Assembly (NCBI GenBank): GCA_964435835.1
Contig: CAYSZX010000002.1
Span: 8,282 to 72,281 of the forward strand
Direction of reading: 5' to 3'
Length of the DNA: 64,000 bases
Source: an uncultured Candidatus Saccharibacteria bacterium
GTDB taxonomy: Bacteria; Patescibacteriota; Minisyncoccia; Minisyncoccales; JANBVM01
Position numbers and translations under genes: made by a program. Positions 1-9,406 of the stretch are shown piece after piece (position 1 is the first letter of the stretch; every line of letters begins with the position of its first letter). Under the pieces are notes generated by a model. It did no database searches. It saw only the letters and a list, made by a program, of their open reading frames with translations, and was not told where the DNA came from.

Positions 1-639
1 ACCTATAATTTTATTGTTTTTAATAGCACAAATTAATTTAGGTATAGATTTATTTTTACTAATAATTTTTTTATACAGAAAATTAAAACCATTGAGTTCA
101 GATTCTTTTCCAAGACTAGATAAAGAGTTTTGGCTTTTTTTGCTTAATTCCGTGTAATATTTTATATTTTGTAAATAATTAGTAGATGTATTATTTTTTT
201 TATTAATTTTTTTAAAATATACATTCTGAACTCTAAAATTTTCTTTTGGAGCCGGTTTTTTAAATGAGTAAATAATAATATTCTTAATTTTGATTGCACC
301 TAATAATTTTTGGATTTCCCTGTCTTTTAATCCGTTTTTACCATAATGAATTACCTTAAATTTTTTGGCTTTCTGATGATTTTCTACTAGTATAAAAATA
401 TTATCCTTACTGACAAAAGTTATAGGAGTAATGATTTTTTTCTTATTCTTTGTAAACCAGCGCTTGTCTTTATCATAAAATGGAAACGTTTTTCTTTGTT
501 TATTTTTAAAGATATCATTTAATAATCTTTCCGTTGAATTTCTATGTTTATATGTCCATCCAATTGTAGGAATATAAACAATATCCTGATCTTTAAACAG
601 TGATGTTAGAAATTTTATTAATTTTTTTATTTTATTCAT
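1..639 (-). CDS. hypothetical protein; N-terminal 213 codons present, 3' end cut by window edge
   Basis: Absent from the ORF track because no stop lies in the window. The minus-strand frame is open from ATG 639-637 (MNKIKKLIKFLTSLFKDQDIVYIPTIGWTYKHRN...) to base 1. The start overlaps the stop of the upstream small ORF (ATGA). Confidence 0.5.
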   Translation of the reverse strand, partial: MNKIKKLIKFLTSLFKDQDIVYIPTIGWTYKHRNSTERLLNDIFKNKQRKTFPFYDKDKRWFTKNKKKIITPITFVSKDNIFILVENHQKAKKFKVIHYGKNGLKDREIQKLLGAIKIKNIIIYSFKKPAPKENFRVQNVYFKKINKKNNTSTNYLQNIKYYTELSKKSQNSLSSLGKESELNGFNFLYKKIISKNKSIPKLICAIKNNKIIG

Positions 640-809
640 TGTTTTATTTTGACATAAAAAATTGGGCTTGTTAAAAAAATCAAGCCCTTTTTATTTAATT
701 TTTCATCTAATATTGGGTAAAGATCTTGTTCTTCTTTTTCAGCGTGCTTTTTAATAACTTTTTGAAAATCAGAAAGATTTAGTTGATATAGAAATTGAAT
801 TAACTCCAT
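636..809 (-). CDS. small hypothetical protein (57 aa), translationally coupled to the downstream ORF
   Basis: ATG 809-807 to TGA 638-636 (MELIQFLYQLNLSDFQKVIKKHAEKEEQDLYPILDEKLNKKGLIFLTSPIFYVKIKQ). It is below the ORF-track length cutoff. There is a 4-nt ATGA overlap with the next ORF. Confidence 0.35.
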   Translation of the reverse strand: MELIQFLYQLNLSDFQKVIKKHAEKEEQDLYPILDEKLNKKGLIFLTSPIFYVKIKQ

Positions 810-841
810 TAGCTATTGTTCAAGGCTAATTAATTATTGTA

Positions 842-868
842 TTAAAAAACCTGAAATTAATCAGGTTT
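842..868 (-). terminator. intrinsic terminator hairpin, copy 1 of an identical 27-nt module
   Basis: On the minus strand AAACCTGA-TTAATT-TCAGGTTT is followed by TTTAAT, about 80 nt downstream of the 948..1778 gene. The same 27-mer recurs at 1889-1915. Confidence 0.6.
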
Positions 869-947
869 ACGAGTCATAAATAATGTTAAAACTGAAATTA
901 TTCTTAATTGTTACATTAAACTGAACTTTTAGCTTTTATTTTTAATT

Positions 948-1778
948 TTAAAGCCAAACTTGTAGTAAAATTAGAAAACCTAAAAACACTATTAAACCTC
1001 CAAGATACTTTTTCATTTTTTGAAGTTTGTTTTTTTCTCTTACGATAGAACCAGCTTTAGCGCCCCAAAAAGAACCATAACATAAGAAAAATATTATCTC
1101 CCAATCGGCAATTCCATTTAATAACCAATACGTCGAAAAAGCAATAATTCCTAGGAAACTACTAGTTAAAGCAGTGGTAGCAGTAGATTTTTTTAATCCT
1201 CTTCCACCGACAATCTGACTTGAAGTCATTATAACTCCAAACCCTCCCCCTCCCAAAGCATTAGTAAAAGCTCCTATTAAACTTAAAATTGCCATCTGAA
1301 AAAAGGAAAAATTGAAAGTTATATCCATTATTAGTAAGATCCCAAGAAGAATATTAACGCTACCAACCCAAGTTTTAATGGCTAAATTTGGAATATTTAC
1401 AGCAAGAAGAACTCCTAAAAAAGTAAAAAAGCCTCCGAAGATAATTGACAACATCCCTATTTTTAAATCTTCACTTGCAGCATCAATAATTACATTTAAA
1501 ATACCTTTTTCTTTAATTTCTTGAAATATATTATTAGATTTAGGAAAATGAAATTTAAAGTTTAGATTTTTTAACTTGTGATGTTGTTTAGCCACAACAA
1601 CACAACCAACTGTTTGTGAAATTAAAACAGAGGGAATTACAACTAGTGGGGGAAATTTTAAAGCAATTAAAAAAGCTGAAACTAATGTTCCGTACAGCAT
1701 CCCAATAGAAGAATCGATTAGTTCAGCTATATAGGCTACAAACATTACTAATAAAATCTGAAATAAACTTAAATCCAT
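948..1778 (-). CDS. TSUP (TauE/SafE-like) family membrane permease
   Basis: 276 aa and polytopic, with a G-rich motif (ALGGGGFGVIMTSSQIVGG) and a two-half repeat architecture typical of TauE/SafE-type anion exporters. Confidence 0.65.
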   Translation of the reverse strand: MDLSLFQILLVMFVAYIAELIDSSIGMLYGTLVSAFLIALKFPPLVVIPSVLISQTVGCVVVAKQHHKLKNLNFKFHFPKSNNIFQEIKEKGILNVIIDAASEDLKIGMLSIIFGGFFTFLGVLLAVNIPNLAIKTWVGSVNILLGILLIMDITFNFSFFQMAILSLIGAFTNALGGGGFGVIMTSSQIVGGRGLKKSTATTALTSSFLGIIAFSTYWLLNGIADWEIIFFLCYGSFWGAKAGSIVREKNKLQKMKKYLGGLIVFLGFLILLQVWL

Positions 1779-1888
1779 AATTTAAAAACTTAAAGTTAAT
1801 TATTTAAATTGTCCTAGCTACTCTATTTTTTTCATTTTTCTTTATAATCATTGGCTTAATTTTATCATTATATTTATTTTTCCTCAAT

Positions 1889-1915
1889 TTAAAAAACCTG
1901 AAATTAATCAGGTTT
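1889..1915 (-). terminator. intrinsic terminator hairpin, copy 2 of the identical 27-nt module
   Basis: The same TTAAAAAACCTGAAATTAATCAGGTTT 27-mer as 842-868, lying 9 nt downstream of the tRNA-Gln 3' end. Confidence 0.6.
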
Positions 1916-1923
1916 TAATAATG

Positions 1924-1994
1924 CTGCGGGGCCAGGATTCGAACCTGAATTAGAGAAGTCAAAGTTCTCCGTCCGACCATTAGACGACCCCGCA
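1924..1994 (-). tRNA. tRNA-Gln (anticodon UUG)
   Basis: Manual cloverleaf of 71 nt: acceptor UGCGGGG/CCCCGCA with U1:A72, D-loop AAUGGUC, anticodon loop CUUUGAC, T-arm UCAGG-UUCGAAU-CCUGG. No CCA is encoded. Confidence 0.85.
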
Positions 1995-2660
1995 TTGTTT
2001 ACAAATACCCTCTATCCAACCAGCAACTTTTCTGTTGAGCTGGGTACTTCTTCTAACTCGAATATTGATTAATCCATAATATTTTTTCTTTTTTCTTCTA
2101 CTTTTAATCTTATTATGTTTAAAATATACATTAATTTTGTTTTTTTGAACAGACAAAATATTAGCCCAATATCTTTTAGCTCTTTGCCAGTTTCCACTTT
2201 CATGAATGTAAAGACTATAAACTAATCTTGATTTAGGAATTGAACAAACCTCTTTAAGCCACTTAGTATAAAGGAGTATCATTCTTGAGTCAGAGTTACT
2301 AAAAGACAAACTTGCTCCAGTTCTGTATTTTTTCTGCTTCTTCCCTTCAGCCCAATAAAGAGCGGCGCCAATTAATTTAAGTTTTTCTTTTGATATTTTT
2401 TCAATTTCTTTTCTTGCTTTTCTCTTTATCTTTTTAGTTCTTTTAATTCTTTGTTCTCTTCTTTTCCTAGCTCCTTTTAAAGCAGCTTTCCTTTTCTTTT
2501 CAGTTAGTCTTTGCTTTTGCCTTTTTGTTAAACCAACACTTCTTAGCCATAAAGATAAAGTTGATTTTGCAACAGGAACTTTTTCTAGTATTTCTCTATA
2601 AGAAAGACCCTTCCTTCTCAATCTTATTGCTTTTCTTTTTTCTTTCTTTTTTGGGATCAT
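1980..2660 (-). CDS. HTH protein with a LAGLIDADG-like (homing-endonuclease-like) C-terminal domain
   Basis: The N-terminus has a resolvase-type HTH (GLSYREILEKVPVAKSTLSLWLR), followed by a K/R-rich linker. The C-terminus has LIGAALYWAEGKK...SFSNSD...YGLINIRV, which resembles single-motif LAGLIDADG folds. The last 15 nt, including the stop, lie inside tRNA-Gln. Confidence 0.4.
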   Translation of the reverse strand: MIPKKKEKRKAIRLRRKGLSYREILEKVPVAKSTLSLWLRSVGLTKRQKQRLTEKKRKAALKGARKRREQRIKRTKKIKRKARKEIEKISKEKLKLIGAALYWAEGKKQKKYRTGASLSFSNSDSRMILLYTKWLKEVCSIPKSRLVYSLYIHESGNWQRAKRYWANILSVQKNKINVYFKHNKIKSRRKKKKYYGLINIRVRRSTQLNRKVAGWIEGICKQCGVV

Positions 2661-2719
2661 TTGAACTACGATTTATATTTTTTTTATTATACCACCGTAG
2701 TTCTATTTTAGGAATAGAT

Positions 2720-3829
2720 TTATTCTATCCCGCAAATTTCAACAACTCCTAACTCCAAAGGTAATTGAGGAATTGGTGAATATTTCATCTTGTTTTGAGC
2801 CTCAAGGAAGATATCAATAATTTCCTTCAACTCTTCCTTTTTAAAGTTTTTTGCTTGTTTTTGCAAGTTTTTAATTTCTTCTTTAGTTAAATTAACTAAA
2901 TAATCTTTTGATGACTCCTCCCCTATTATCTTAGTAATTAAAACTTTTCTTAAATAATTAATTAAGCTTTTAGTAAATTCTTCCAAATCTAATCCTTTAT
3001 TATTTATTTCATTTAAATAATGAATTGCTTCTGATATTTTTTTGTCTTCAAGTAAATCAACAAATTTACTAACTATATCTATTTCAATTAAACCTAATAA
3101 GCTTTTAATATCTTTAATATTAATTTCTTTTTTGGAATCTTTGTAAAAAGTAGCTAATTGATTCAATAATCCCTCAGCATCTCTAATTGCTCCTTCAGAA
3201 TTAGCAGCAATTAATTCTAAACCCTCATCACTAATTTTGATATCTTCCTCTTTAATTATTCTTTTTAATTTTTCAACAATTTGAGGAACAGTTAATCTTT
3301 TAAAATCAAATCTTTGGCATCTTGAAACTATAGTTGGAATCATTTTATGGACTTCAGTAGTAGCTAGGATGAAAATAGCATGTTCAGGAGGTTCTTCTAA
3401 AGTTTTTAAAAGAGCATTAGCTCCATCTTTAGTGAGCTGATGGCACTCATCAATAATAAATATTTTATACTTTGATTTAGTTGGAGAAAATTTAACTCCT
3501 TCTTTCAACTCTCTGATATCATCAATTCCTCGGTGAGAAGCAGCATCCATTTCAACTAAATCAATAGCCTGTCCTTCCGTTATTTCTTTACAAGACGAGC
3601 ATTTATTACAAGGTTCGAATTCTCCCTCTTCCCTATTCTCACAATTAACAGCTTTGGCTAATAATCTAGCTAAAGTAGTTTTTCCTGTTCCTCTTGGACC
3701 AGAAAACAAATAAGCATGAGAAACCATATCTCTTGCTATAGCATTAGTTAAGGTCTTAACAATATGTTTTTGTCCAATAAATTCTTTAAATTTTTGAGGT
3801 CTATATTTTCTATATAATACTAAAGACAT
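2720..3829 (-). CDS. dnaX: DNA polymerase III gamma/tau subunit (short form, 369 aa)
   Basis: YRPQKF..GQ, Walker A GPRGTGKTT, a Cys cluster CNKCSSC, and DEAH-like IIDECHQL. Confidence 0.9.
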   Translation of the reverse strand: MSLVLYRKYRPQKFKEFIGQKHIVKTLTNAIARDMVSHAYLFSGPRGTGKTTLARLLAKAVNCENREEGEFEPCNKCSSCKEITEGQAIDLVEMDAASHRGIDDIRELKEGVKFSPTKSKYKIFIIDECHQLTKDGANALLKTLEEPPEHAIFILATTEVHKMIPTIVSRCQRFDFKRLTVPQIVEKLKRIIKEEDIKISDEGLELIAANSEGAIRDAEGLLNQLATFYKDSKKEINIKDIKSLLGLIEIDIVSKFVDLLEDKKISEAIHYLNEINNKGLDLEEFTKSLINYLRKVLITKIIGEESSKDYLVNLTKEEIKNLQKQAKNFKKEELKEIIDIFLEAQNKMKYSPIPQLPLELGVVEICGIE

Positions 3830-4443
3830 TATTTTTTAAATACTATAAATTTATAACTTAAGAAATTCCAAACAGATCCAACTATAGCAGCAAGAATTGC
3901 TCCAACATTAGCCCATATTGTTTCATTTAGTCCAAATTGAGGACCTAAAGTATTAACTACAAAAGAAGCAGTTCCAACATTAATAAAGAATCCAACAACA
4001 GTTATTGAGAAAAATTGAGTAAATTCCTTTTTTATTTCTGATTTATCTTCTTTTTCAAAAGCTAAGAATTTGTTTCCCCAATATTTAGCAATGGTAGCTA
4101 TTATAAAAGAGGTTCCTTTAAATAAATTATAAGTCCATCCCGTCGCTTTACCAAAAAACCAAAACAAGATATTCATAATACCTAAATCAAATAAGGTAGT
4201 TAAAACTCCAATTAAAAGAAATTTTCCTGCTTGAAAAACAATTAAGAATTTTTTTCCAATCAGATAACAGATATAAAGACCTAGTAAAGATATAATCGGA
4301 AGAAAAACTATCATTAAATATTGTAAGGTGGTCGCCTTGATACCCCAAATAAACTCCACTTGGGAGCTTTCAATAAAACCATAAAGTAAACCTGCTACCC
4401 CTTCTCCGGCTAGCAGAGCGAGAGCAATGTTTTTTATTTTCAT
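3829..4443 (-). CDS. GtrA-family membrane protein
   Basis: 204 aa with 4-5 TM segments and the C-terminal WNFLSYKFIVFKK signature of GtrA-like proteins. Confidence 0.65.
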   Translation of the reverse strand: MKIKNIALALLAGEGVAGLLYGFIESSQVEFIWGIKATTLQYLMIVFLPIISLLGLYICYLIGKKFLIVFQAGKFLLIGVLTTLFDLGIMNILFWFFGKATGWTYNLFKGTSFIIATIAKYWGNKFLAFEKEDKSEIKKEFTQFFSITVVGFFINVGTASFVVNTLGPQFGLNETIWANVGAILAAIVGSVWNFLSYKFIVFKK

Positions 4444-4530
4444 ATTGTTTATCTTATCATTATTTTTTAAAAAATAAAATTAACATAAAAGATCTTTTTT
4501 TTTACTCCTAAATGTGGCAAGATAAATAAT

Positions 4531-5934
4531 ATGTTAAAGTTCTACAACACCCTTACTAAGAAAAAAGAAGAATTCAAGCCCTCAAAAGATAAAGAGGTTG
4601 ATCTTTATACTTGTGGTCCAACTGTTTATTGGTTTGCTCATGTTGGAAACCTAAGAACTTATATTTTTGAAGATTTATTAAAAAGGACTTTAAAATATAA
4701 TGACTATAAAGTAAATCATGTTATGAATATTACTGATGTTGGTCATTTAACTTCAGATTCTGATGGAGGAGAAGATAAAATGGTTAAAGCTTTAAAAAGA
4801 GAAGGTAAAGAATTAAACGAAGAATCTATTTTAGAAATTGCTGATTATTATACTAAAGCTTTTAAAAAGGATTTGGGTTTATTAAATATTCAATACCCCG
4901 ATGTTTTTTGCAAGGCTACAGAAACTATTCCGGAGCAAATAGAGCTAGTAAAAAAGATAATTGAAAATGGCTATGCTTATGAAACAGATCAAGCTGTTTA
5001 TTTCGATACTCATAAATTAGAAAGCTATACAGAGTTAGCCAATCAAGACCTAAAAGGTCTTCAAGAAGGAGTAAGTATTGAAAAGAAAAAAGACAAAAAG
5101 AATCCTACTGATTTTGCCTTATGGATTAAACTAAAGGGCGAACATAAAAATCATATTATGAATTGGGATTCTCCTTGGGGAAAAGGATTTCCTGGTTGGC
5201 ATGTTGAATGTTCAGCTATGAGTATTAAATATTTAGGGGAAGAAATAGACATTCATTGTGGGGGCATTGATCACATTCCAGTTCATCATACCAATGAAAG
5301 GGCTCAAAATATTGCCGCTCTTGGAAAACCAGTAGTTAGATTTTGGATGCATGGAGAATTTCTGATTTCAAAAGAAGAAAAAATGTCAAAGTCAAAAGGT
5401 AACATCATGACTATAGCAGAACTAACAGAAAAAGGAATTGATCCTCTTGCCTACCGCTATTTATGTCTTAATGCCCATTATCGTTCTAAATTATCTTTTT
5501 CTTTAGAATCTTTAAAAAATGCAGAACATTCTTTAGAAAATTTAAAAGAAGAAACAAGAAAATTAAAAAAGGAGAAAGACAATTCTCAAAAAACAAGTTC
5601 TGGAGAATATTTAAAAAAGTTTAAATCTTTTGTTAATGACGATTTAGATATTCCAAAGGCTTTAGCTTTGGCCTGGAAAACGATTAAGGATGATGAAATT
5701 AGCAGCAATGAAAAGTATAATCTTTTAATTGAATTCGATAAGGTTTTTGGTTTAGGGTTAAAAGATATTAAAGAGATAAAAATTCCTGAGGAAGTTAGAA
5801 AGCTAGTTCAAAAAAGAGAAAAATATAGAAAAGAAAAAGAATGGAAAGAAGCTGATAAGGTAAGAAAAAAAATAAATAAATTGGGCTTTAAAGTTGAAGA
5901 CACCCAAAAAGGTTCTCTTATCAAAAAGAAATAA
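4531..5934 (+). CDS. cysS: cysteine--tRNA ligase
   Basis: Class I motifs HVGNLRTY and KMSKSKGN, plus the CysRS core GWHVECSAM. Confidence 0.95.
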   Translation: MLKFYNTLTKKKEEFKPSKDKEVDLYTCGPTVYWFAHVGNLRTYIFEDLLKRTLKYNDYKVNHVMNITDVGHLTSDSDGGEDKMVKALKREGKELNEESILEIADYYTKAFKKDLGLLNIQYPDVFCKATETIPEQIELVKKIIENGYAYETDQAVYFDTHKLESYTELANQDLKGLQEGVSIEKKKDKKNPTDFALWIKLKGEHKNHIMNWDSPWGKGFPGWHVECSAMSIKYLGEEIDIHCGGIDHIPVHHTNERAQNIAALGKPVVRFWMHGEFLISKEEKMSKSKGNIMTIAELTEKGIDPLAYRYLCLNAHYRSKLSFSLESLKNAEHSLENLKEETRKLKKEKDNSQKTSSGEYLKKFKSFVNDDLDIPKALALAWKTIKDDEISSNEKYNLLIEFDKVFGLGLKDIKEIKIPEEVRKLVQKREKYRKEKEWKEADKVRKKINKLGFKVEDTQKGSLIKKK

Positions 5935-5956
5935 TTCTAAATCTTTAGTTTTTAAG

Positions 5957-5986
5957 AAAAAAGCAGTATTATTAATGCTGCTTTTT
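5957..5986 (+). terminator. intrinsic terminator after cysS
   Basis: AGCAGU...GCUGCU stem (5962-5982) followed by UUUU. Confidence 0.55.
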
Positions 5987-6001
5987 AAAATAAAGTATTT
6001 C

Positions 6002-6030
6002 TTGCCAATGATTTTTTGCTATGTTAAATT
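6002..6030 (+). promoter_or_regulatory. candidate sigma70-type promoter of dnaB; -10 ends 6 nt before the ATG
   Basis: TTGCCA (6002-6007), 17-nt spacer, TAAATT (6025-6030), then 6 nt to ATG 6037. Confidence 0.35.
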
Positions 6031-6036
6031 TAAACT

Positions 6037-7389
6037 ATGAGTAAAGATTCAAACAAGGTTCCGCCTCAATCTACAGAAGCTGAAAAAGGAATTTTAGGTT
6101 CTTTAATGCTTGATAAATCTGCTGTTACTAAAGTAGCGGATTTTTTAAGTGCAAAAGATTTTTATAGAAAAAAACATCAAGATATTTATCAAGCTTGTAT
6201 AGATCTTTTTGAACAAAATGAACCAATAGATGTTTTATCAGTTTCCAATAGATTAGAAGAGAAAAAACAACTTAAAGATATTGGAGGAAGTAGCTATTTA
6301 ACAGATTTGATTAATTTTGTTCCTACTCCTAGCCATGCTTTAAGTTATGGTAAAAAAGTTTACCATAAAAGGGTTTTAAGAGACTTAATTAGTGCTTCTC
6401 ATGAAATAGCTTCATTGGGTTATAATGAAAAAGAAGGCTTACAAAACCTTTTAGATGAAGCTGAAAGAAGAATTTTTAGTATTGCCCAGAGAAATTTAAC
6501 TAGAAGTTTTACTTCAGTTAAAGATAAATTGGAAGATGCTTTTGATAGATTAGATGAATTATCTAAACAAGATTCAGGATTAAGAGGGGTAAGCACTGGT
6601 TTTCATGATTTAGATAATCTTTTAGCTGGTCTACAAAAATCAGATTTAATAATTCTAGCCGGTAGACCGTCAATGGGTAAAAGTGCACTTGGTCTTGATT
6701 TTGCTCTTAATGCAGCAATTAGAGATGGAACTCCAGTTGGTCTTTTTTCAATGGAGATGTCGAAGGATCAGATTATCGATAGATTTATTGCTAATATTTC
6801 AGGAGTTGATTTATGGAGATTAAGAACAGGAAAATTATCTAATCAAGGAGTCGATAATGATTTTACTAAAATTCAACAGGCCTTAGGAGCATTATCCAAA
6901 GTCCCTATTTATATTGACGATACTTTTTCTACTACTGTTTTACAAATGAAGTCAATGGCTCGTAGATTGCAAGCAGAAAAAGGATTAGGGCTTGTGGTGG
7001 TAGATTATCTTCAGCTAATGGAGCCTTTAGACTCACAAGCTAATCCTGTTCAGCAAGTTTCTGAAAACTCAAGAGCTTTAAAGGGTTTAGCCAGAGAATT
7101 AGAAGTTCCGGTTGTTGTTTTATCTCAGTTATCAAGAGCAGTAGAAAAAAGATCACCTAAGATTCCACGGTTGTCTGACTTAAGACAAAGCGGAAGTATT
7201 GAGCAAGATGCCGATGTTGTTTTGTTTGTTTATCGTGAAGAAGTTTACAGAGATAAAACAAAAAGAAAGAATATAGCAGATATTATTATTGGCAAGCATC
7301 GTAATGGTCCAATTGGTAAAGTAGAGCTTTTCTTTGATAAAAAGAGAGTTAGCTTTAAGAATATTAGTAAAGAAGCTAAAGAGGCTTAA
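6037..7389 (+). CDS. dnaB: replicative DNA helicase
   Basis: N-terminal PPQSTEAEKGILGS, Walker A GRPSMGKSALGLD, and the RecA-like core with DYLQLM. Confidence 0.95.
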   Translation: MSKDSNKVPPQSTEAEKGILGSLMLDKSAVTKVADFLSAKDFYRKKHQDIYQACIDLFEQNEPIDVLSVSNRLEEKKQLKDIGGSSYLTDLINFVPTPSHALSYGKKVYHKRVLRDLISASHEIASLGYNEKEGLQNLLDEAERRIFSIAQRNLTRSFTSVKDKLEDAFDRLDELSKQDSGLRGVSTGFHDLDNLLAGLQKSDLIILAGRPSMGKSALGLDFALNAAIRDGTPVGLFSMEMSKDQIIDRFIANISGVDLWRLRTGKLSNQGVDNDFTKIQQALGALSKVPIYIDDTFSTTVLQMKSMARRLQAEKGLGLVVVDYLQLMEPLDSQANPVQQVSENSRALKGLARELEVPVVVLSQLSRAVEKRSPKIPRLSDLRQSGSIEQDADVVLFVYREEVYRDKTKRKNIADIIIGKHRNGPIGKVELFFDKKRVSFKNISKEAKEA

Positions 7390-7991
7390 TGAATTATCCT
7401 AGAAGTATTCAAAGATTAATTGATTTACTTTCTAAACTTCCTACTGTTGGCCCTAGAACAGCTTCTCGTTTTGTTTTTTATCTTTTAAAAAAACCTCAAA
7501 AAGAAATAAAAGAACTTTCTGAAGCTTTATTGAATTTAAATAAAAACATTAAACAATGCTCTTTGTGTTTTAAGTTCTTCGAGCCTCAAAAAGATGAGGA
7601 AATATGTGAAATTTGCTCTAATCCTAGTAGAAATAAAAAGCAGCTTTGCATAATTGAAAAAGAAGCAGACCTTTTAGCTATTGAGAAGATAAATCAATAC
7701 AAAGGTCTTTATTTTATTTTAGGAGGAACAATTTCTGTTTTGAAAAGAAATACTAAAAGAATAAAGGATAAAGAATTGAAAAAAAGGATTAAGAATGATT
7801 CGAAAATAAAAGAAATAATTATTGCTACTAACCCAACTACTGAAGGACAAGCAACAGCTCTCTATTTAGAAAAAATATTAAAACCCTTTAATAAAAAAAT
7901 CACCCAATTAGCTAAGGGTTTGCCCGTTGGTGGTGAATTGGAGTATGCTGACAACGAGACTTTGTCTAGTGCGTTTAAGGGCCGAAAATAA
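7389..7991 (+). CDS. recR: recombination protein RecR
   Basis: HhH N-terminus (LPTVGPRTASR), C4 zinc finger (CSLC...CEIC), and a Toprim-like C-terminus. Its start overlaps the dnaB stop. Confidence 0.9.
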   Translation: MNYPRSIQRLIDLLSKLPTVGPRTASRFVFYLLKKPQKEIKELSEALLNLNKNIKQCSLCFKFFEPQKDEEICEICSNPSRNKKQLCIIEKEADLLAIEKINQYKGLYFILGGTISVLKRNTKRIKDKELKKRIKNDSKIKEIIIATNPTTEGQATALYLEKILKPFNKKITQLAKGLPVGGELEYADNETLSSAFKGRK

Positions 7992-8071
7992 AACAAGAAG
8001 ATTTGGAAAAAATATAAATCTGCAAGAGTTTTTTATAACCCCTTACTTTTTTAATCTTTTACAAATAGAAA

Positions 8072-8098
8072 AACAGCTTTTTATGGCTGTTATTTTTT
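8072..8098. terminator. bidirectional terminator between convergent recR and rplU
   Basis: AACAGC-8 nt-GCUGUU hairpin flanked by an A-run and a T-run. Confidence 0.55.
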
Positions 8099-8411
8099 AT
8101 TTGAGGTTTATTTTTTTAATTTCAACCAAAGTATAAGGCTGTCGATGTCCTTTTTTAACTTGAGTTCTTTTACTTGGTCGATATTTAAAAACAATAACTT
8201 TATCGTGTTTTCCTTGTTCAAGAACTTTTCCTTTAACTTTAGCTCCTTTAACTAAGGGCTTACCTATTTTTAGTTTTTTGTTTTTTTGAACTAGCAAAAC
8301 CTCATCGAAGATTATCGAATCTTCTTCTTCCTTTTCTACCTTCTCTATTTTAATTTTGTCTCCAGGAGAAACTAAATATTGTTTCCCCCCTGTTTGTATT
8401 ACTGCTAACAT
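8097..8411 (-). CDS. rplU: 50S ribosomal protein L21
   Basis: MLAVIQTGGKQYLVSPGDKI... is a typical L21 N-terminus; 104 aa. Confidence 0.9.
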   Translation of the reverse strand: MLAVIQTGGKQYLVSPGDKIKIEKVEKEEEDSIIFDEVLLVQKNKKLKIGKPLVKGAKVKGKVLEQGKHDKVIVFKYRPSKRTQVKKGHRQPYTLVEIKKINLK

Positions 8412-8413
8412 AT

Positions 8414-9406
8414 TTATTTCTTTAGTTTCTTATTTTCTTTTATTTCGAGCAATTTGTCAACCTTGTTTGAAAATAAACTTAAACGTTTCTTTGATCTGCT
8501 GTAAGCAGATTTTGCATGCTGAAGATGAGTTCCAAGCTTTTCGAAGGTTGAAGAAAGCTTGTTTGCATCTTTATTGATTTTACTTAACCTTTTTAATATT
8601 TTTTGAGTTTGTTTAGATATCTGAGTATCTTTAAACCAATGAACTATTGTTCTTAAGGTTAAGTAAATTGTATTGGGAGAAGTTAAAACTACTTTTTTCT
8701 TCCAAGCATAATCTCCTATATTTCTTTCTTTTAATCCAAACATTATTTCGTAGTAAATTGCCTCAGCAGGAATATACATTAAAGCAAAATCAGTAGTGTC
8801 TTCTGAAGGAACGATGTATTTAGAAGAAATTTCATCTATTCTTTTTTTAATGTCTTTTAAAAATTCCTTTCTGTAATGGTTTTTTTCTTCTTCCTCTTTT
8901 GCCTGAATCATTCTTTTAAAATTATCTGAAGAAAACTTAGAATCAATTGGTAATATTCTATCATTTGGTAATTTTAAAATTACATCTACTATTTTCCCCG
9001 AAGAAAAACTGAATTGACCTTCCCAAAGATCAGAAGGAAAATATTGCGACATAACATATTCTAAAGAAGCTTCTCCCCACTGCCCTCTTAATTTAGGTGA
9101 TTTAAATATTTCCTGGAAAGAAGAAACTTCTTGGACTTTCCCTCTAATTTGCTTTAACCCTTCTCTTATTTCAGTAGTATCTTTGCTAAAACTTTTAATT
9201 TGTTCGTTTAAATTCTTAGAATTCATACTTTGAGCATCTCTGATTTCTTTAGTTTGATTTCTCATTAAATTTTCAAACCTTCTTTCTAATTCTCTAATTG
9301 AATTGCTTTGGTTTTGGTCAATTTGATATTTTCTAATAAAAACAACTAAGGTAATGATAATACCTATTAACAAAAAGAATATTAAACCAATAATTAAATC
9401 ACTCAT
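8414..9406 (-). CDS. rmuC: DNA recombination protein RmuC
   Basis: N-terminal TM segment, coiled coil, and RmuC nuclease-like core (VILKLPNDRILPIDSKF, YIPAEAIYYE). The preferred start is ATG 9406, giving a 1-nt TAATG overlap with the upstream gene; the ORF-track start is 9442. Confidence 0.8.
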   Translation of the reverse strand: MSDLIIGLIFFLLIGIIITLVVFIRKYQIDQNQSNSIRELERRFENLMRNQTKEIRDAQSMNSKNLNEQIKSFSKDTTEIREGLKQIRGKVQEVSSFQEIFKSPKLRGQWGEASLEYVMSQYFPSDLWEGQFSFSSGKIVDVILKLPNDRILPIDSKFSSDNFKRMIQAKEEEEKNHYRKEFLKDIKKRIDEISSKYIVPSEDTTDFALMYIPAEAIYYEIMFGLKERNIGDYAWKKKVVLTSPNTIYLTLRTIVHWFKDTQISKQTQKILKRLSKINKDANKLSSTFEKLGTHLQHAKSAYSRSKKRLSLFSNKVDKLLEIKENKKLKK

